57,831 nucleotides of DNA from Candidatus Wolfebacteria bacterium RIFCSPLOWO2_01_FULL_47_17b (GCA_001793865.1 MGIS01000023.1:1-57831); one strand, 5' to 3'. Counted from the first letter of the stretch, positions 25,636 to 34,485 are shown. The notes: generated from the letters alone by a model not told the origin. Numbers and translations are program-made.

Positions 25636-25660
25636 GTGGTCAAGGTTTAACCTTGACCAC
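25636..25660. terminator. hairpin shared by the methyltransferase gene and the tRNA-Glu unit
   Basis: gtggtcaagg tttaa ccttgaccac. Confidence 0.55.
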
Positions 25661-25668
25661 TAAAGAAA

Positions 25669-25829
25669 ATCCCATCGGGAATCTCACAACTTCGTTTCAC
25701 GAAGTTTTCAAAACCCTCGGTTTTGAATAATTTCCTACACGAAAACTTACAAAGTTTTCGACCTTTCAAGATTCGAATCCCGAGGAATCATACAAAACAA
25801 AATCCGCCATAAAGGCGGATTTTGTTTTG
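25669..25829 (-). ncRNA. tRNA-3'-appended structured module, copy D (after tRNA-Glu)
   Basis: Block-wise homologous to 41047-41207. Identical 22-nt hairpin attcaaaaccgagggttttgaa (25707-25728). Ends gtgagattcccgatggg, repeating the tRNA-Glu 3' end. Unclassified. Confidence 0.5.
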
Positions 25830-25904
25830 TGACCCCATCGGGATTCGAACCCGAGTTCCAGGAATGAGAATCCTGTGTCCTAGACCGGACTAGACGATAG
25901 GGCC
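25830..25904 (-). tRNA. tRNA-Glu(CTC)
   Basis: ggcccta tc gtc tagtccggtctag gac a cagga ttCTCat tcctg gaac tcggg ttcgaat cccga tggggtc a. Confidence 0.88.
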
Positions 25905-25979
25905 GATCAGCAAGAGTATAAATGAGAATGGACAAAGAAGCAATAAAAGGCCCGCGTATAGCGCGGGCCGTGCAAGAAT

Positions 25980-26366
25980 CTAAGCAACTTCCTTCTTTGG
26001 ATAATTCAAATGATATTTTGCATGGAGAGGACATAATTCTACGATAGGGAGCGCGGGACTATTATTGCACGCTGGAGCTAATCTACATTCCACAAAACCG
26101 GGACTTAAACTATCTATGAGAAGGAGAGCTTCTTCTCGCTTCTCTCCATGGAGTCCGTCCATTTTATCGCTTTCTTTTAATAAACTCTCTAGTCTCTCAC
26201 ATCCTGAGAGATTTTGAATATTATTACTAAGCTCGGAAAGGCGTTTTATTCTTTCTTCTTTGTTGGAGATGGATTTTATAATACCAACACATTCCCTCAA
26301 TTCTTCCGACATTAAATGTTCGGTTTTGCTTTTTTCTAGAAGCCCCTGCAATGTTAGTTTTTCCAT
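25980..26366 (-). CDS. hypothetical protein (128 aa)
   Basis: ORF only. Confidence 0.55.
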   Translation of the reverse strand: MEKLTLQGLLEKSKTEHLMSEELRECVGIIKSISNKEERIKRLSELSNNIQNLSGCERLESLLKESDKMDGLHGEKREEALLLIDSLSPGFVECRLAPACNNSPALPIVELCPLHAKYHLNYPKKEVA

Positions 26367-26455
26367 TTTTTCCTTCTGTTTATTTGTTTAAATTTTCTGT
26401 TTTTATTTTATATACAATTATGCCATATAGCAACCCCTGCTTGCTATTTTCCTCA

Positions 26456-26487
26456 TTATTCCAATGTTCTGCAGAACATTGGAATAA
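26456..26487. repeat. 32-bp perfect palindrome with the same 22-bp core as 12653-12682
   Basis: ttattccaatgttctg|cagaacattggaataa. Confidence 0.9.
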
Positions 26488-26489
26488 TA

Positions 26490-26517
26490 AAAAAGCAGCT
26501 TTTGGGGGCTGCTTTTT
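26490..26517. terminator. intrinsic terminator hairpin
   Basis: aaaaagcagc ttttgggg gctgcttttt. Confidence 0.7.
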
Positions 26518-26528
26518 GTCTTAAGTTA

Positions 26529-26891
26529 TTACCGCCTGCCAGGGCTGTTATTTCGAACCCTGCGGGTATCGCTACTTCTGCGATGATCCGCCGCCGGTTT
26601 TTCTTTATAATTTTTCGGCGGGCAATATTCCCTTCGATTATATCCGTAGTATGATCGATAATATGGGTTATAATATCGCGGGCGAGGACCATAGTATCTG
26701 TGACCCGCATACATCATGTAGTACAAATAATATCCGGATACGGGAGTTGATACTTGTTTTGTCTTTTCAACGACTTTTACGGTGTCGCTTCCGTCCATGT
26801 ACACTTCCGTGTATTTCTCCACATATCTTGGAGATATACATCCGGTGAGAAAAAGAAATGTAGCAAAGAAAACCGTTGCTAATGACTTCAT
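26529..26891 (-). CDS. lipoprotein with Tyr/Arg-rich low-complexity tail
   Basis: Lipobox FLTGC. C-terminus GYYLYYMMYAGHRYYGPRPRYYNPYYRSYYGYNRREY... Confidence 0.7.
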   Translation of the reverse strand: MKSLATVFFATFLFLTGCISPRYVEKYTEVYMDGSDTVKVVEKTKQVSTPVSGYYLYYMMYAGHRYYGPRPRYYNPYYRSYYGYNRREYCPPKNYKEKPAADHRRSSDTRRVRNNSPGRR

Positions 26892-27376
26892 TTTTCTACC
26901 CCTCCTTTCACTTTTTTGAGAAGTTCTTCGTACCCTCGTTTTATATCGTAGAAATATTTCTTTTCGAGTTCAGGAAGGAAATTATGTACACCATCTTCTC
27001 TGACCTGATACCCAAAGAAATGCTCTTGGTCACGGATGCCCTTTTCATATGCCCATACACTAATCTGATCCACTACTCCGTTCATTGATGGCATTCCGTT
27101 TCCATCACGTTTGATGGTTATCAATGCATGACGATTCCCGTGTGAATCATAAAATGTATATTGGTGATCACAGGGTATTCCTCTATCAATAACTACAAAC
27201 CCATTTTTTTCTATGTATGAGACAAGTAGGTTAAAATTTTCTTCTCCCACAACAATAGCTTCCTGATACGCAGGGGTGTTTGTACCAGAAATTTTTTCAT
27301 TCAAATCAACTTTTGGCTGTTCAGAACAACCAAAGAAGATGGTGATGACGGCAAGAATTGAGACAAAGAGTTTCAA
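26888..27376 (-). CDS. putative lipoprotein (162 aa)
   Basis: MKLFVSILAVITIFFGCSEQ. 4-nt overlap with the downstream gene. Confidence 0.7.
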   Translation of the reverse strand: MKLFVSILAVITIFFGCSEQPKVDLNEKISGTNTPAYQEAIVVGEENFNLLVSYIEKNGFVVIDRGIPCDHQYTFYDSHGNRHALITIKRDGNGMPSMNGVVDQISVWAYEKGIRDQEHFFGYQVREDGVHNFLPELEKKYFYDIKRGYEELLKKVKGGVEK

Positions 27377-27575
27377 GTGAACCTCCGTTTATTAGTGAAT
27401 AAATTTAGTTTTAATCAATGCTATTCATATTATACCATACTCTATATATAAATGCAATGGCAAAAAGAGCCGCTTAAACTGCGGTTTTTATGCGTATGAG
27501 ATTTGCAAACCAAAGTAGATTATGGATCCTGAATCCGCAGCACTAGAGCAAAGCTCAGTGCTGGGCACGGCAAGT

Positions 27576-28814
27576 TCAGGATGACAGAGAACGGACTTCC
27601 TCCACCACTTTTTCAAGTCCTATGGAGTGAGATCCCTTAATAAGTATGATATCACCCTCCCTCATAACCTCCTGCAATTTCCTGCCTGCTTCCTGCGCTG
27701 TTTCGAATATATGCACCTGCTCCTGTGCAAGACCTTTTTCACGTGCTTTATATGCAATAAACTTTGCCCGTGTACCAACGGTTATGAGCACATCAACCGA
27801 CTCGGCCGCTTCTTCCCCCGCTTTCTCGTGCGCCTTGAGCGTATATTCTCCCAATTCAAGCATATCCCCGAGCACCGCGATACGCCGTTTGAACGTGATC
27901 ATCTTGAGCGTCTTTAGAGCGGTTTCGAGCGCGAGTGGAGATGAATTGTAGCTTTCGTCCACAAGCTGTGTGTGCTTGATGCCCTGAATGAGCACCGAAC
28001 GTCCGTGCACCGGCCGATACGTATGAATAAGCGCAGAAGCGTCTATGGGATTGATGTCCCGCTCGGCAGCGACCGCAAGCGCGCATGCCGCGGCATAGGC
28101 ATGTGATACCGAAAATGCTGTCGGGATGGATATGGGGATAGTGGAATTTTTATATTGTATTTTGAACGCCACGCCTTCAACCCGCATCTCTTTCAGCACG
28201 TGTGTGAAGTGCAATATGCGCATATCAGCTTTTTCGTTGAACCCATACGATACCACCTTTGCTCGGGTACGCTCTTTGAGCCGTTCATACAATGGATCGT
28301 CCGCGTTCAGTACGGCTGTTTTTGCCGCCGTAAGAGCCGAAATCAGCTTTGCTTTTTCACGAAACACATCCTCGATGCCGTTGGGGTAATTTTCGACGTG
28401 TACCGGTATGTTTCCGATGGCCGTTATCACGCCTATGTCCGGTTTTGCGATGGCAAGCAGTTTTTGTATATCTCCGGCTCGATCGGCACCATACTCAAGC
28501 ACAAGGATATCCGAATACGGCTTTAACGGCACGATAAGCTGTACTGCCGCCGAAATGATGACCCGCAGCCAAAAGAACCATACCGGCTTTTGTATGGCAC
28601 TCCAGTCGCCGAGTATGGAAAGCGGCAAACCGAGTTCATTATTGAAATTCGCCGATGTCCTGCGCACCTTTCCCTTCGGGCTTAGCGAGGCGAAAATCGC
28701 TTCTTTTGCCGAGGTCTTCCCTGCGCTTCCGGTTACGCCTATAATAAAGGGCTTGTAACGCTTCACGGTAAGCCGTGCAAGTATTTTGAGAATCTTGGTG
28801 AGTGTTTTAACCAT
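27576..28814 (-). CDS. murF: UDP-N-acetylmuramoyl-tripeptide--D-alanyl-D-alanine ligase
   Basis: GVTGSAGKTS P-loop, Mur ligase middle and C-terminal domains, position after ftsI. Confidence 0.9.
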   Translation of the reverse strand: MVKTLTKILKILARLTVKRYKPFIIGVTGSAGKTSAKEAIFASLSPKGKVRRTSANFNNELGLPLSILGDWSAIQKPVWFFWLRVIISAAVQLIVPLKPYSDILVLEYGADRAGDIQKLLAIAKPDIGVITAIGNIPVHVENYPNGIEDVFREKAKLISALTAAKTAVLNADDPLYERLKERTRAKVVSYGFNEKADMRILHFTHVLKEMRVEGVAFKIQYKNSTIPISIPTAFSVSHAYAAACALAVAAERDINPIDASALIHTYRPVHGRSVLIQGIKHTQLVDESYNSSPLALETALKTLKMITFKRRIAVLGDMLELGEYTLKAHEKAGEEAAESVDVLITVGTRAKFIAYKAREKGLAQEQVHIFETAQEAGRKLQEVMREGDIILIKGSHSIGLEKVVEEVRSLSS

Positions 28815-30393
28815 TCGCTATTCGGTCTGGCGCTATTTGATAATAATTCAAAAGATACTCGGTCAGCTTCTTGAACGCCGGCACGACCGTTTGGCCCGCG
28901 AGCGGCGCATTTTTAGGCTTAACTAATTTGATAAGAATGGTAAATTTCGGATCCGACGCCGGCGCATAGCCAATGAACGTGTTTATAACCTGATCCGTAT
29001 ATCCCCCTCGCGTGAAATCCGGAACAAACGCGGTTCCTGTTTTTCCCGCGACTTCGTACTGAGGAATATGCGCGAGCACATTTACATCAACCGATCCCAC
29101 GAGCACACCGGTCATTTCCCGCGCCGTTTCCTCACTCATAACCCGCCGGATCACTTCCTGCGCTTCATCGGCGCGTATAAGGGGCCGCATTAAAAGGCCT
29201 TTGTTCGCGATCGCCGAGGCCGCCGATATCATCTGTATTGGCGTAACCGATATCCCTTGCCCGTAGGAGGCGGTCGCGTAGTTCACATCTTCACGCTTTG
29301 AAATGTTATGCAAGCTTCCGTCCACTTCGCCGGGCAGACGAATGCCCGTTTTTTCGCCAAATCCGAACGCGCGCACATAGTCACGGAACGTATCGTGGCC
29401 GATGCGCCGTTCGGCGAACACCGTGCCGGTGTTAAGCGATTTTTCAATAACCTGGCGCATCGTTTGCAGGCCGTGCGCCTTCAAATCCCAGTTTTGCAGT
29501 TTCTTGCCGTTTAAGATCACATAGCCGGGATCTTCGTATGTCGTTTCGGGAGTAAGCTTCCCGGAATCAAACCCCGCCGACATAGTGATTATTTTAAAAA
29601 CGGAACCTGGCTCGTATACCGATTGCACCGATTGATTCAAGAAGGAACTGATGGGATACGAGCCGTAGGTATTTGGGTCGAATGCCGGCAGGTTTGCCAT
29701 TGCCAGTATCTTTCCTGAAATCGGTTCCTGCACGAGAACACTTGCCGATTCCGCCTCCCATTCCTCCACCAATTCGCGGATTATGCGCTCGCTTTCCACC
29801 TGCACGTTGCGATCAATGGTCAGGTGAATGTCCTTTTCTTCGCGAAGTTCTTCGTTGAAAAGAAGTTCAATACCGTATTTCCCTTCCACACCCCCCGCCG
29901 GAGCAGATGCCACGAACCCGAGCACATGCGCCGCCATTTCTTTGCCGGGATAAAAGCGGAATATTTCGCTTCGCGTATGTATACCCTGTATGCCAAGGTC
30001 GCGCACCTGCGCAACCTGTTGCGGATTGGCTTTTTCGGCTATGACCTCATATTGGTCGCGCGGTTTTGCGAACGATACGGCAAGCGCGTCCGCATCAAGT
30101 CCGAAGATGGGGGCAATCGCGGAGGCGTCGGACCTGGGATTTTCTATTTCGATGGGGACGGCGAACACGAGCGGATATTCCTTATTCACCACGGCGGGAT
30201 AGGTGTTCTGATTCTTGTCGGTAAAAAACAAAACGCCCCGTGAGGGCTCAAGTGCTCCGGCCGCTTCTGCTTGCGCGGCGGCACGTTGGGTGTAATAGGG
30301 CTTTTGGAGCACCTGTACGTTATAGATATGCGCCAAAAGTCCGCCGAAGAGGAGCAGAAAACCTATTCGTATGAGCCAGAATTTTATGCGCAT
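28807..30393 (-). CDS. ftsI: class B penicillin-binding protein / transpeptidase
   Basis: N-terminal TM, SxxK (GSVFK), SxN (SLN), KTG (GKTGTA). Confidence 0.92.
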   Translation of the reverse strand: MRIKFWLIRIGFLLLFGGLLAHIYNVQVLQKPYYTQRAAAQAEAAGALEPSRGVLFFTDKNQNTYPAVVNKEYPLVFAVPIEIENPRSDASAIAPIFGLDADALAVSFAKPRDQYEVIAEKANPQQVAQVRDLGIQGIHTRSEIFRFYPGKEMAAHVLGFVASAPAGGVEGKYGIELLFNEELREEKDIHLTIDRNVQVESERIIRELVEEWEAESASVLVQEPISGKILAMANLPAFDPNTYGSYPISSFLNQSVQSVYEPGSVFKIITMSAGFDSGKLTPETTYEDPGYVILNGKKLQNWDLKAHGLQTMRQVIEKSLNTGTVFAERRIGHDTFRDYVRAFGFGEKTGIRLPGEVDGSLHNISKREDVNYATASYGQGISVTPIQMISAASAIANKGLLMRPLIRADEAQEVIRRVMSEETAREMTGVLVGSVDVNVLAHIPQYEVAGKTGTAFVPDFTRGGYTDQVINTFIGYAPASDPKFTILIKLVKPKNAPLAGQTVVPAFKKLTEYLLNYYQIAPDRIANG

Positions 30394-30402
30394 ATGTAAT
30401 GT

Positions 30403-30687
30403 TTAGTCCGAATACTTCGGATTTTTCTCAAACACATATCCTTGGGCGAGCAAATATTCTTCCGCATCGAATTCCGCAAGCCGGTTTGAAAGGGCGGTTT
30501 TTAGTTCGGCATTGCGTACTTGTTCGTGCGCTATATCTTTTTCCAGCTTCTCCGTATTATGCTTGAGCGATGAGAGCCGACTATACGAAACGATGCTGAA
30601 AAAAACCGAGCACACGACAAGTACTCCCATAACGATGTAGAGAGCATTTATTCGTATATCTTTTTGTCCAAATTCAATGACTGTCAT
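30403..30687 (-). CDS. FtsL/DivIC-like septation protein
   Basis: 94 aa, single TM plus coiled coil, position between rsmH and ftsI. Confidence 0.65.
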   Translation of the reverse strand: MTVIEFGQKDIRINALYIVMGVLVVCSVFFSIVSYSRLSSLKHNTEKLEKDIAHEQVRNAELKTALSNRLAEFDAEEYLLAQGYVFEKNPKYSD

Positions 30688-31579
30688 TTTTTTTGACGCC
30701 GCGGAGCTTTGCCGATCTTGACCGCGGGTTTGCCGTACTTTCCTCGACGGTCGGCGTGATTGGTTTTTTTGTCAGGAGCTCGATAACCCCTTCCTTTTTA
30801 AAATTTCTGAACGATTGCTTTACCATTCGGTCTTCCAGCGAATGAAACGAGATGATCGCGCATCTGCCTCCCGGCGCCAGGAGTGATGGCACAGTTTCCA
30901 GAAAATGCGCCAGATTACCCAGCTCGTCGTTTACATATATCCTCAAAGCTTGAAATGCGCGCGTTGCGGGATGGATTTTTCCCCATGGCTTTGTGCCAAG
31001 GACGTCTCCGATAATTTTTTTTAACTGCCCGGTACGGATAATTCTCTCTTTTTTTCGATGTTCAACAATCGCTTTGGCTATCTTTCTGGATTGGCGCTCT
31101 TCACCATACGCAAACATTATATCGGCTAGTTCTTTTTCGCTGAGTTCATTGATTGTCACGTATGCGGGATCTCCCTGAGACTGGTTGTAACGCATATCAA
31201 GCGGACCATCGTGCTGAAACGAAAATCCTCGGGATGGATCCTGTATCTGGTGGGATGAAAATCCCAGGTCCAGCAGAATTGCATCCGCGTATGTCACGCC
31301 CAGTTTATGCATGATTGCTCTCGCATCTCGGTAGTTTGCGTGTACAAAATGCGTGCGTGCGTCGCTCGGATTCGGCATTTCTTTTTTTGTTGTTTCCAGA
31401 ATGCGTTTGTCCGTCTCTATACCAATAAAAGTTCCGCCTGGTCCGAGTCCTTGTAGGATCTCTTTCGCGTGGCCTCCTCCGTTAAGTGTGCCGTCCACGA
31501 CTGTATCTTCTTTCTGCACATCCAGCAGTTGTATAATTTCGTGTAAAAGAACTGGCTGGTGCATATTCAAAACCCTCAC
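30674..31579 (-). CDS. rsmH: 16S rRNA (cytosine1402-N4)-methyltransferase
   Basis: HQPVLLHE..., DGTLNGGGH, DLGFSSHQ. Likely start MHQPV at 31564. Confidence 0.95.
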   Translation of the reverse strand: MRVLNMHQPVLLHEIIQLLDVQKEDTVVDGTLNGGGHAKEILQGLGPGGTFIGIETDKRILETTKKEMPNPSDARTHFVHANYRDARAIMHKLGVTYADAILLDLGFSSHQIQDPSRGFSFQHDGPLDMRYNQSQGDPAYVTINELSEKELADIMFAYGEERQSRKIAKAIVEHRKKERIIRTGQLKKIIGDVLGTKPWGKIHPATRAFQALRIYVNDELGNLAHFLETVPSLLAPGGRCAIISFHSLEDRMVKQSFRNFKKEGVIELLTKKPITPTVEESTANPRSRSAKLRGVKKNDSH

Positions 31580-32011
31580 CTATATCCCCAATTCCCCAAG
31601 TTTCTCCGCGATCTCATCCGACGCCTGCTCGGTCTTGGCTTTGTATCGTGCCCACTCTTCCGCATCCCACACTTCGATGCGATTAAAGAGCCCGGTGACC
31701 ACCGTCTTTTTGGTCAGATGCGCGTAGGAACGAAGATGTTCCGGAATAAGCACACGGCCTTGCCCGTCGAAAGCGACGTCCGACGCTCCCGAGAGCATCA
31801 AACGCACGAATGCTCGTGAATCCGCCTGAGCGAGCGGCAGATTCACGAGCTTTGCAACGAGCGTGTCCCATTCCTTTTTGGGGAACAGGAAAAGGCATTT
31901 ATCGAGGCCTCGAGTCAGTATCGCTCCGCCATCCAGTTGCGTCCGAAATTTGGCGGGTACGGCCATCCTGCCTTTCGTGTCTATTGAGTGTGTATATTCG
32001 CCCAAAAACAT
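31580..32011 (-). CDS. mraZ: transcriptional regulator MraZ
   Basis: MFLGEYTHSIDTKGRMAVPAKFR... with duplicated SpoVT/AbrB-like halves. Confidence 0.95.
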   Translation of the reverse strand: MFLGEYTHSIDTKGRMAVPAKFRTQLDGGAILTRGLDKCLFLFPKKEWDTLVAKLVNLPLAQADSRAFVRLMLSGASDVAFDGQGRVLIPEHLRSYAHLTKKTVVTGLFNRIEVWDAEEWARYKAKTEQASDEIAEKLGELGI

Positions 32012-32061
32012 AGTGCTAATGCCAGCGCAAATGAGGTGTTAGATGGGTAATTATCGACATT

Positions 32062-32087
32062 CCACACAGTTGTCCACAATTCCCCAC
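32062..32087 (-). promoter_or_regulatory. putative MraZ operator (three GTGG repeats)
   Basis: Minus strand ggtGGGGaatt GTGGacaactgt GTGGaatg with 10- and 12-nt spacing, between the -10 box and the mraZ ATG. Confidence 0.35.
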
Positions 32088-32096
32088 CTATTAGAC

Positions 32097-32125
32097 ATTA
32101 TCCTGCACAATTCCTTACAATGCAA
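32097..32125 (-). promoter_or_regulatory. dcw promoter TTGCAT-17-GATAAT
   Basis: Minus strand ttgcat (32120-32125), 17-nt spacer, gataat (32097-32102). Confidence 0.55.
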
Positions 32126-32134
32126 CACCTTTAC

Positions 32135-32143
32135 TGTGGATAA
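32135..32143 (-). promoter_or_regulatory. perfect DnaA-box 9-mer TTATCCACA upstream of the dcw promoter
   Basis: tgtggataa on the plus strand, 9 nt upstream of the -35 box. Confidence 0.3.
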
Positions 32144-32192
32144 CTAAAAGCGGGCCTGCTGGGTCCGCTTTATAATTAAATATTTAACATTG

Positions 32193-33113
32193 TTAATACG
32201 CCCTAAACGTTTTTGCTATTTCTTGCGGGTCTATAGCGTCGCGTGGCGGATCGGAAGATGCGAAGTCAATCAGTATAACGTACGCGTGCGATCCCGATAC
32301 GGTCACAAACATCTCATCGGGCGAGGTGCGCGTGCGAATATCATCCGATTCCCCCGCCATACGGAACCGATACATATTCGAATTGAAATCCGTTCTGCGC
32401 TTTGAATTGTACGCGCGTTCAAGCCCGCTGTGTAATTCGAGCCATTCATCAAGTCCCTTATTTTTTGCGCTAAACGTTAGCACCTGCACAGTAGGAAATT
32501 CACGCCCTCCTTGCGTCGGGGTGATCCTGACGCCTTTTATAAAATCTGATAAAAGAATATTGTATTGCTTCTGCGGATACGTGTCTTCCTGTTCAACATC
32601 ACGTGTTGTGATTTCCGCTGGGTACTGGATCTCAAACAAATTTCGCGGGTCCACATACACCGACCAGCCCGATGCGGTTAGTCGCGGTCCGATTTGAAGC
32701 GATGTCCGAGCGGTTTTATTTCCATCCGTCACTTGCAGTGTGTAGCGGCCGGAAAGATGCGTGGGTACATATAGTACGTACGAACCCGTGTTGCGAATAT
32801 TGGAAATATTCCATACCGCCGCGCCCCGAGATAGGAATGAACTCTGCGAAAGCAACAACGATACCTGCGGACCACCCCCTGTCCAGGAAATTGTTTCTAC
32901 GGTTCCTTGTTGAAATACGTCTCTGCTTGTCGGCGATGTTATTCTGATGGTCGTGCTGCGTGGGGTGACCGTGTCACTTCGTTCCACTACGCTGTCCTGC
33001 ACGCGAAACAAATCGGTAATGCCCGCCGAGTTCTGGGATACAACATAGCCGAGGGCGACCACAAGCCCAAACACGATAATAACCACAATAGCAAGAATAA
33101 TTTTGTTGTTCAT
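32193..33113 (-). CDS. hypothetical N-terminally anchored extracytoplasmic protein (306 aa)
   Basis: Start MNNKIILAIVVIIVFGLVVALG at 33113. The track start 33173 runs into tRNA-Val. Confidence 0.7.
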   Translation of the reverse strand: MNNKIILAIVVIIVFGLVVALGYVVSQNSAGITDLFRVQDSVVERSDTVTPRSTTIRITSPTSRDVFQQGTVETISWTGGGPQVSLLLSQSSFLSRGAAVWNISNIRNTGSYVLYVPTHLSGRYTLQVTDGNKTARTSLQIGPRLTASGWSVYVDPRNLFEIQYPAEITTRDVEQEDTYPQKQYNILLSDFIKGVRITPTQGGREFPTVQVLTFSAKNKGLDEWLELHSGLERAYNSKRRTDFNSNMYRFRMAGESDDIRTRTSPDEMFVTVSGSHAYVILIDFASSDPPRDAIDPQEIAKTFRAY

Positions 33114-33115
33114 AG

Positions 33116-33187
33116 TGCGCCTTGGAAGGATTGAACTTCCGGCCTTTCCGATGTGAACGGAACGCTCTACCACTGAGCTAAAGGCGC
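33116..33187 (-). tRNA. tRNA-Val(CAC)
   Basis: gcgcctt ta gctc agtggta gagc g ttccg ttCACat cggaa aggcc ggaag ttcaatc cttcc aaggcgc a. Confidence 0.9.
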
Positions 33188-33206
33188 GGTAAGAAAAGCG
33201 TATATC

Positions 33207-33275
33207 AAAAAGCGGCGTTTTGCAACGACCCGTTAGAGCTTTTTTAAAGCTCTAACGGGTTAACGCCGCTTTTTT
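33207..33275 (-). terminator. long nested terminator hairpin after rplL
   Basis: aaaaagcggcgtt..cccgttagagct..agctctaacggg..aacgccgcttttt. Confidence 0.7.
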
Positions 33276-33291
33276 CCGTGTAGTTCCGCGT

Positions 33292-33660
33292 TTAAGATAA
33301 CTCCACAGTCGCGCCCGCTTCCTCGAGTTTCTTTTTTATCTCTTCGGCCTCTTCTTTCTTTATATTTTCTTTGATCGGCTTTGGTACGCCGTCAACGATA
33401 TCCTTTGCTTCCTTGAGGCCCAGGCCGGTTACTTCCTTAACCACCTTGATGACGTTGATCTTCTGTTCGCCTCCTGCCTTGAGCACCACGTTGAACGCGG
33501 TTTTCTCTTCGGCGGCACTCCCCGCGGCCCCTCCTGCGGCAGCCACCGGCATTGCGGCGCTTACGCCAAACTTCTCCTCAAGGGCTTTTACGAGATCCGC
33601 GATCTCCAAGGAGGTCATTTTCTCGATCTTATCGAGTATGTCTTTGTATTTTTCGTCCAT
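33292..33660 (-). CDS. rplL: 50S ribosomal protein L7/L12
   Basis: Ala-rich hinge, C-terminal domain [19 protein letters not shown]. Confidence 0.96.
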   Translation of the reverse strand: MDEKYKDILDKIEKMTSLEIADLVKALEEKFGVSAAMPVAAAGGAAGSAAEEKTAFNVVLKAGGEQKINVIKVVKEVTGLGLKEAKDIVDGVPKPIKENIKKEEAEEIKKKLEEAGATVELS

Positions 33661-33664
33661 ATGT

Positions 33665-34168
33665 TTATGATTTATTTTTACCTATTTCACTGAGTGTGTA
33701 CGCCAACAGCTTCATTGGCGTGTTGAGCATTCCTGCCAGTTGCGCAAGAAGTATCTCGCGTGACGGCAGATTGCCTATGCGCGATATGTCTTGGGCGCTG
33801 TATACAACCCCGGTTTCCATATCGGCTCCTCCCAGAAGGGAAAAGTCCGACCCATCCTTTTCAAGGCTTTTAGCGAAGCGGAACGCGGCTCCTGCCGGAT
33901 TTGAAATATCTTTATCCGAGAAGATTGCCGCGAATTGGTTGTCGAACTGACTCATATCGACCGAAAGATTCTTTTCTTTGAAAAGAATGTTATACAGTCG
34001 CTTTTTCATTACCTTGTAAGCGCCTCCTTCGTTGCGGAGACCTGCTTTTAGCTCGGCTACTTTCGCAACCGGTGTCTTTGAGAAATTAACGAATACAAGC
34101 GACTTTGCTTTTTCAAACAATCCCCGCGTATCCGTAAGTTCCTTTGATTTTTGCTTTTTTGATTTCAT
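33665..34168 (-). CDS. rplJ: 50S ribosomal protein L10
   Basis: Start [11 protein letters not shown] at 34168 (track 34252). Lies upstream of rplL. Confidence 0.88.
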   Translation of the reverse strand: MKSKKQKSKELTDTRGLFEKAKSLVFVNFSKTPVAKVAELKAGLRNEGGAYKVMKKRLYNILFKEKNLSVDMSQFDNQFAAIFSDKDISNPAGAAFRFAKSLEKDGSDFSLLGGADMETGVVYSAQDISRIGNLPSREILLAQLAGMLNTPMKLLAYTLSEIGKNKS

Positions 34169-34295
34169 ACGAATGTTATCGGAATAAAAAACGACCTTTA
34201 TTAGATCGCGCGTACCAAAAAGTGTACTCCTCGATAGACGCCTGTATGGCATTAATCCTTTTTTCAGGAATCTATGGTCTACGGATCTTTCGCTA

Positions 34296-34324
34296 AAGTT
34301 ATCTTATATAAGCCCGGGTGTCAA
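34296..34324 (-). promoter_or_regulatory. promoter TTGACA-17-TAACTT with ~120-nt 5' UTR (possible L10 leader)
   Basis: Minus strand ttgaca (34319-34324), 17-nt spacer, taactt (34296-34301). Leader structure not verified. Confidence 0.4.
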
Positions 34325-34342
34325 CTGCCTCCTAGTATGTTA

Positions 34343-34386
34343 TGTACATCCAGAGTTCACGCTATAGCGTGAACTCTGGATGTACA
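34343..34386. repeat. 44-bp perfect palindrome
   Basis: tgtacatccagagttcacgcta|tagcgtgaactctggatgtaca, followed by a second hairpin at 34387-34420. Confidence 0.9.
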
Positions 34387-34485
34387 AACCAAAAACGGCT
34401 TGTGTAGCCGCTTTTGGTTTGTTTCAGATGAGTGTCTACCCTCGTCTTCGTCCGCGTATAGTCTGCATGAATCTGCGTTGGACAG

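Noticed and set aside
32071-32143. Replication origin (oriC), suggested by the DnaA box and TTGTCCACA-like sequences; also the strand-switch points near 19.85 kb and 52.5 kb
   Set aside because: There are only two perfect boxes in 58 kb, and they are 20 kb apart. There is no box cluster, no AT-rich unwinding element and no dnaA or dnaN nearby. The strand-switch spacers contain no DnaA boxes.
33114-33173. N-terminal extensions of track ORFs that run into tRNA genes (33173 into tRNA-Val; 41041 into tRNA-Trp; ORF 25747-26034 across tRNA-Glu)
   Set aside because: The extensions overlap well-folded tRNAs and have arbitrary sequence. Internal ATGs give sensible N-termini: a signal anchor in one case and the PCMT start in the other.
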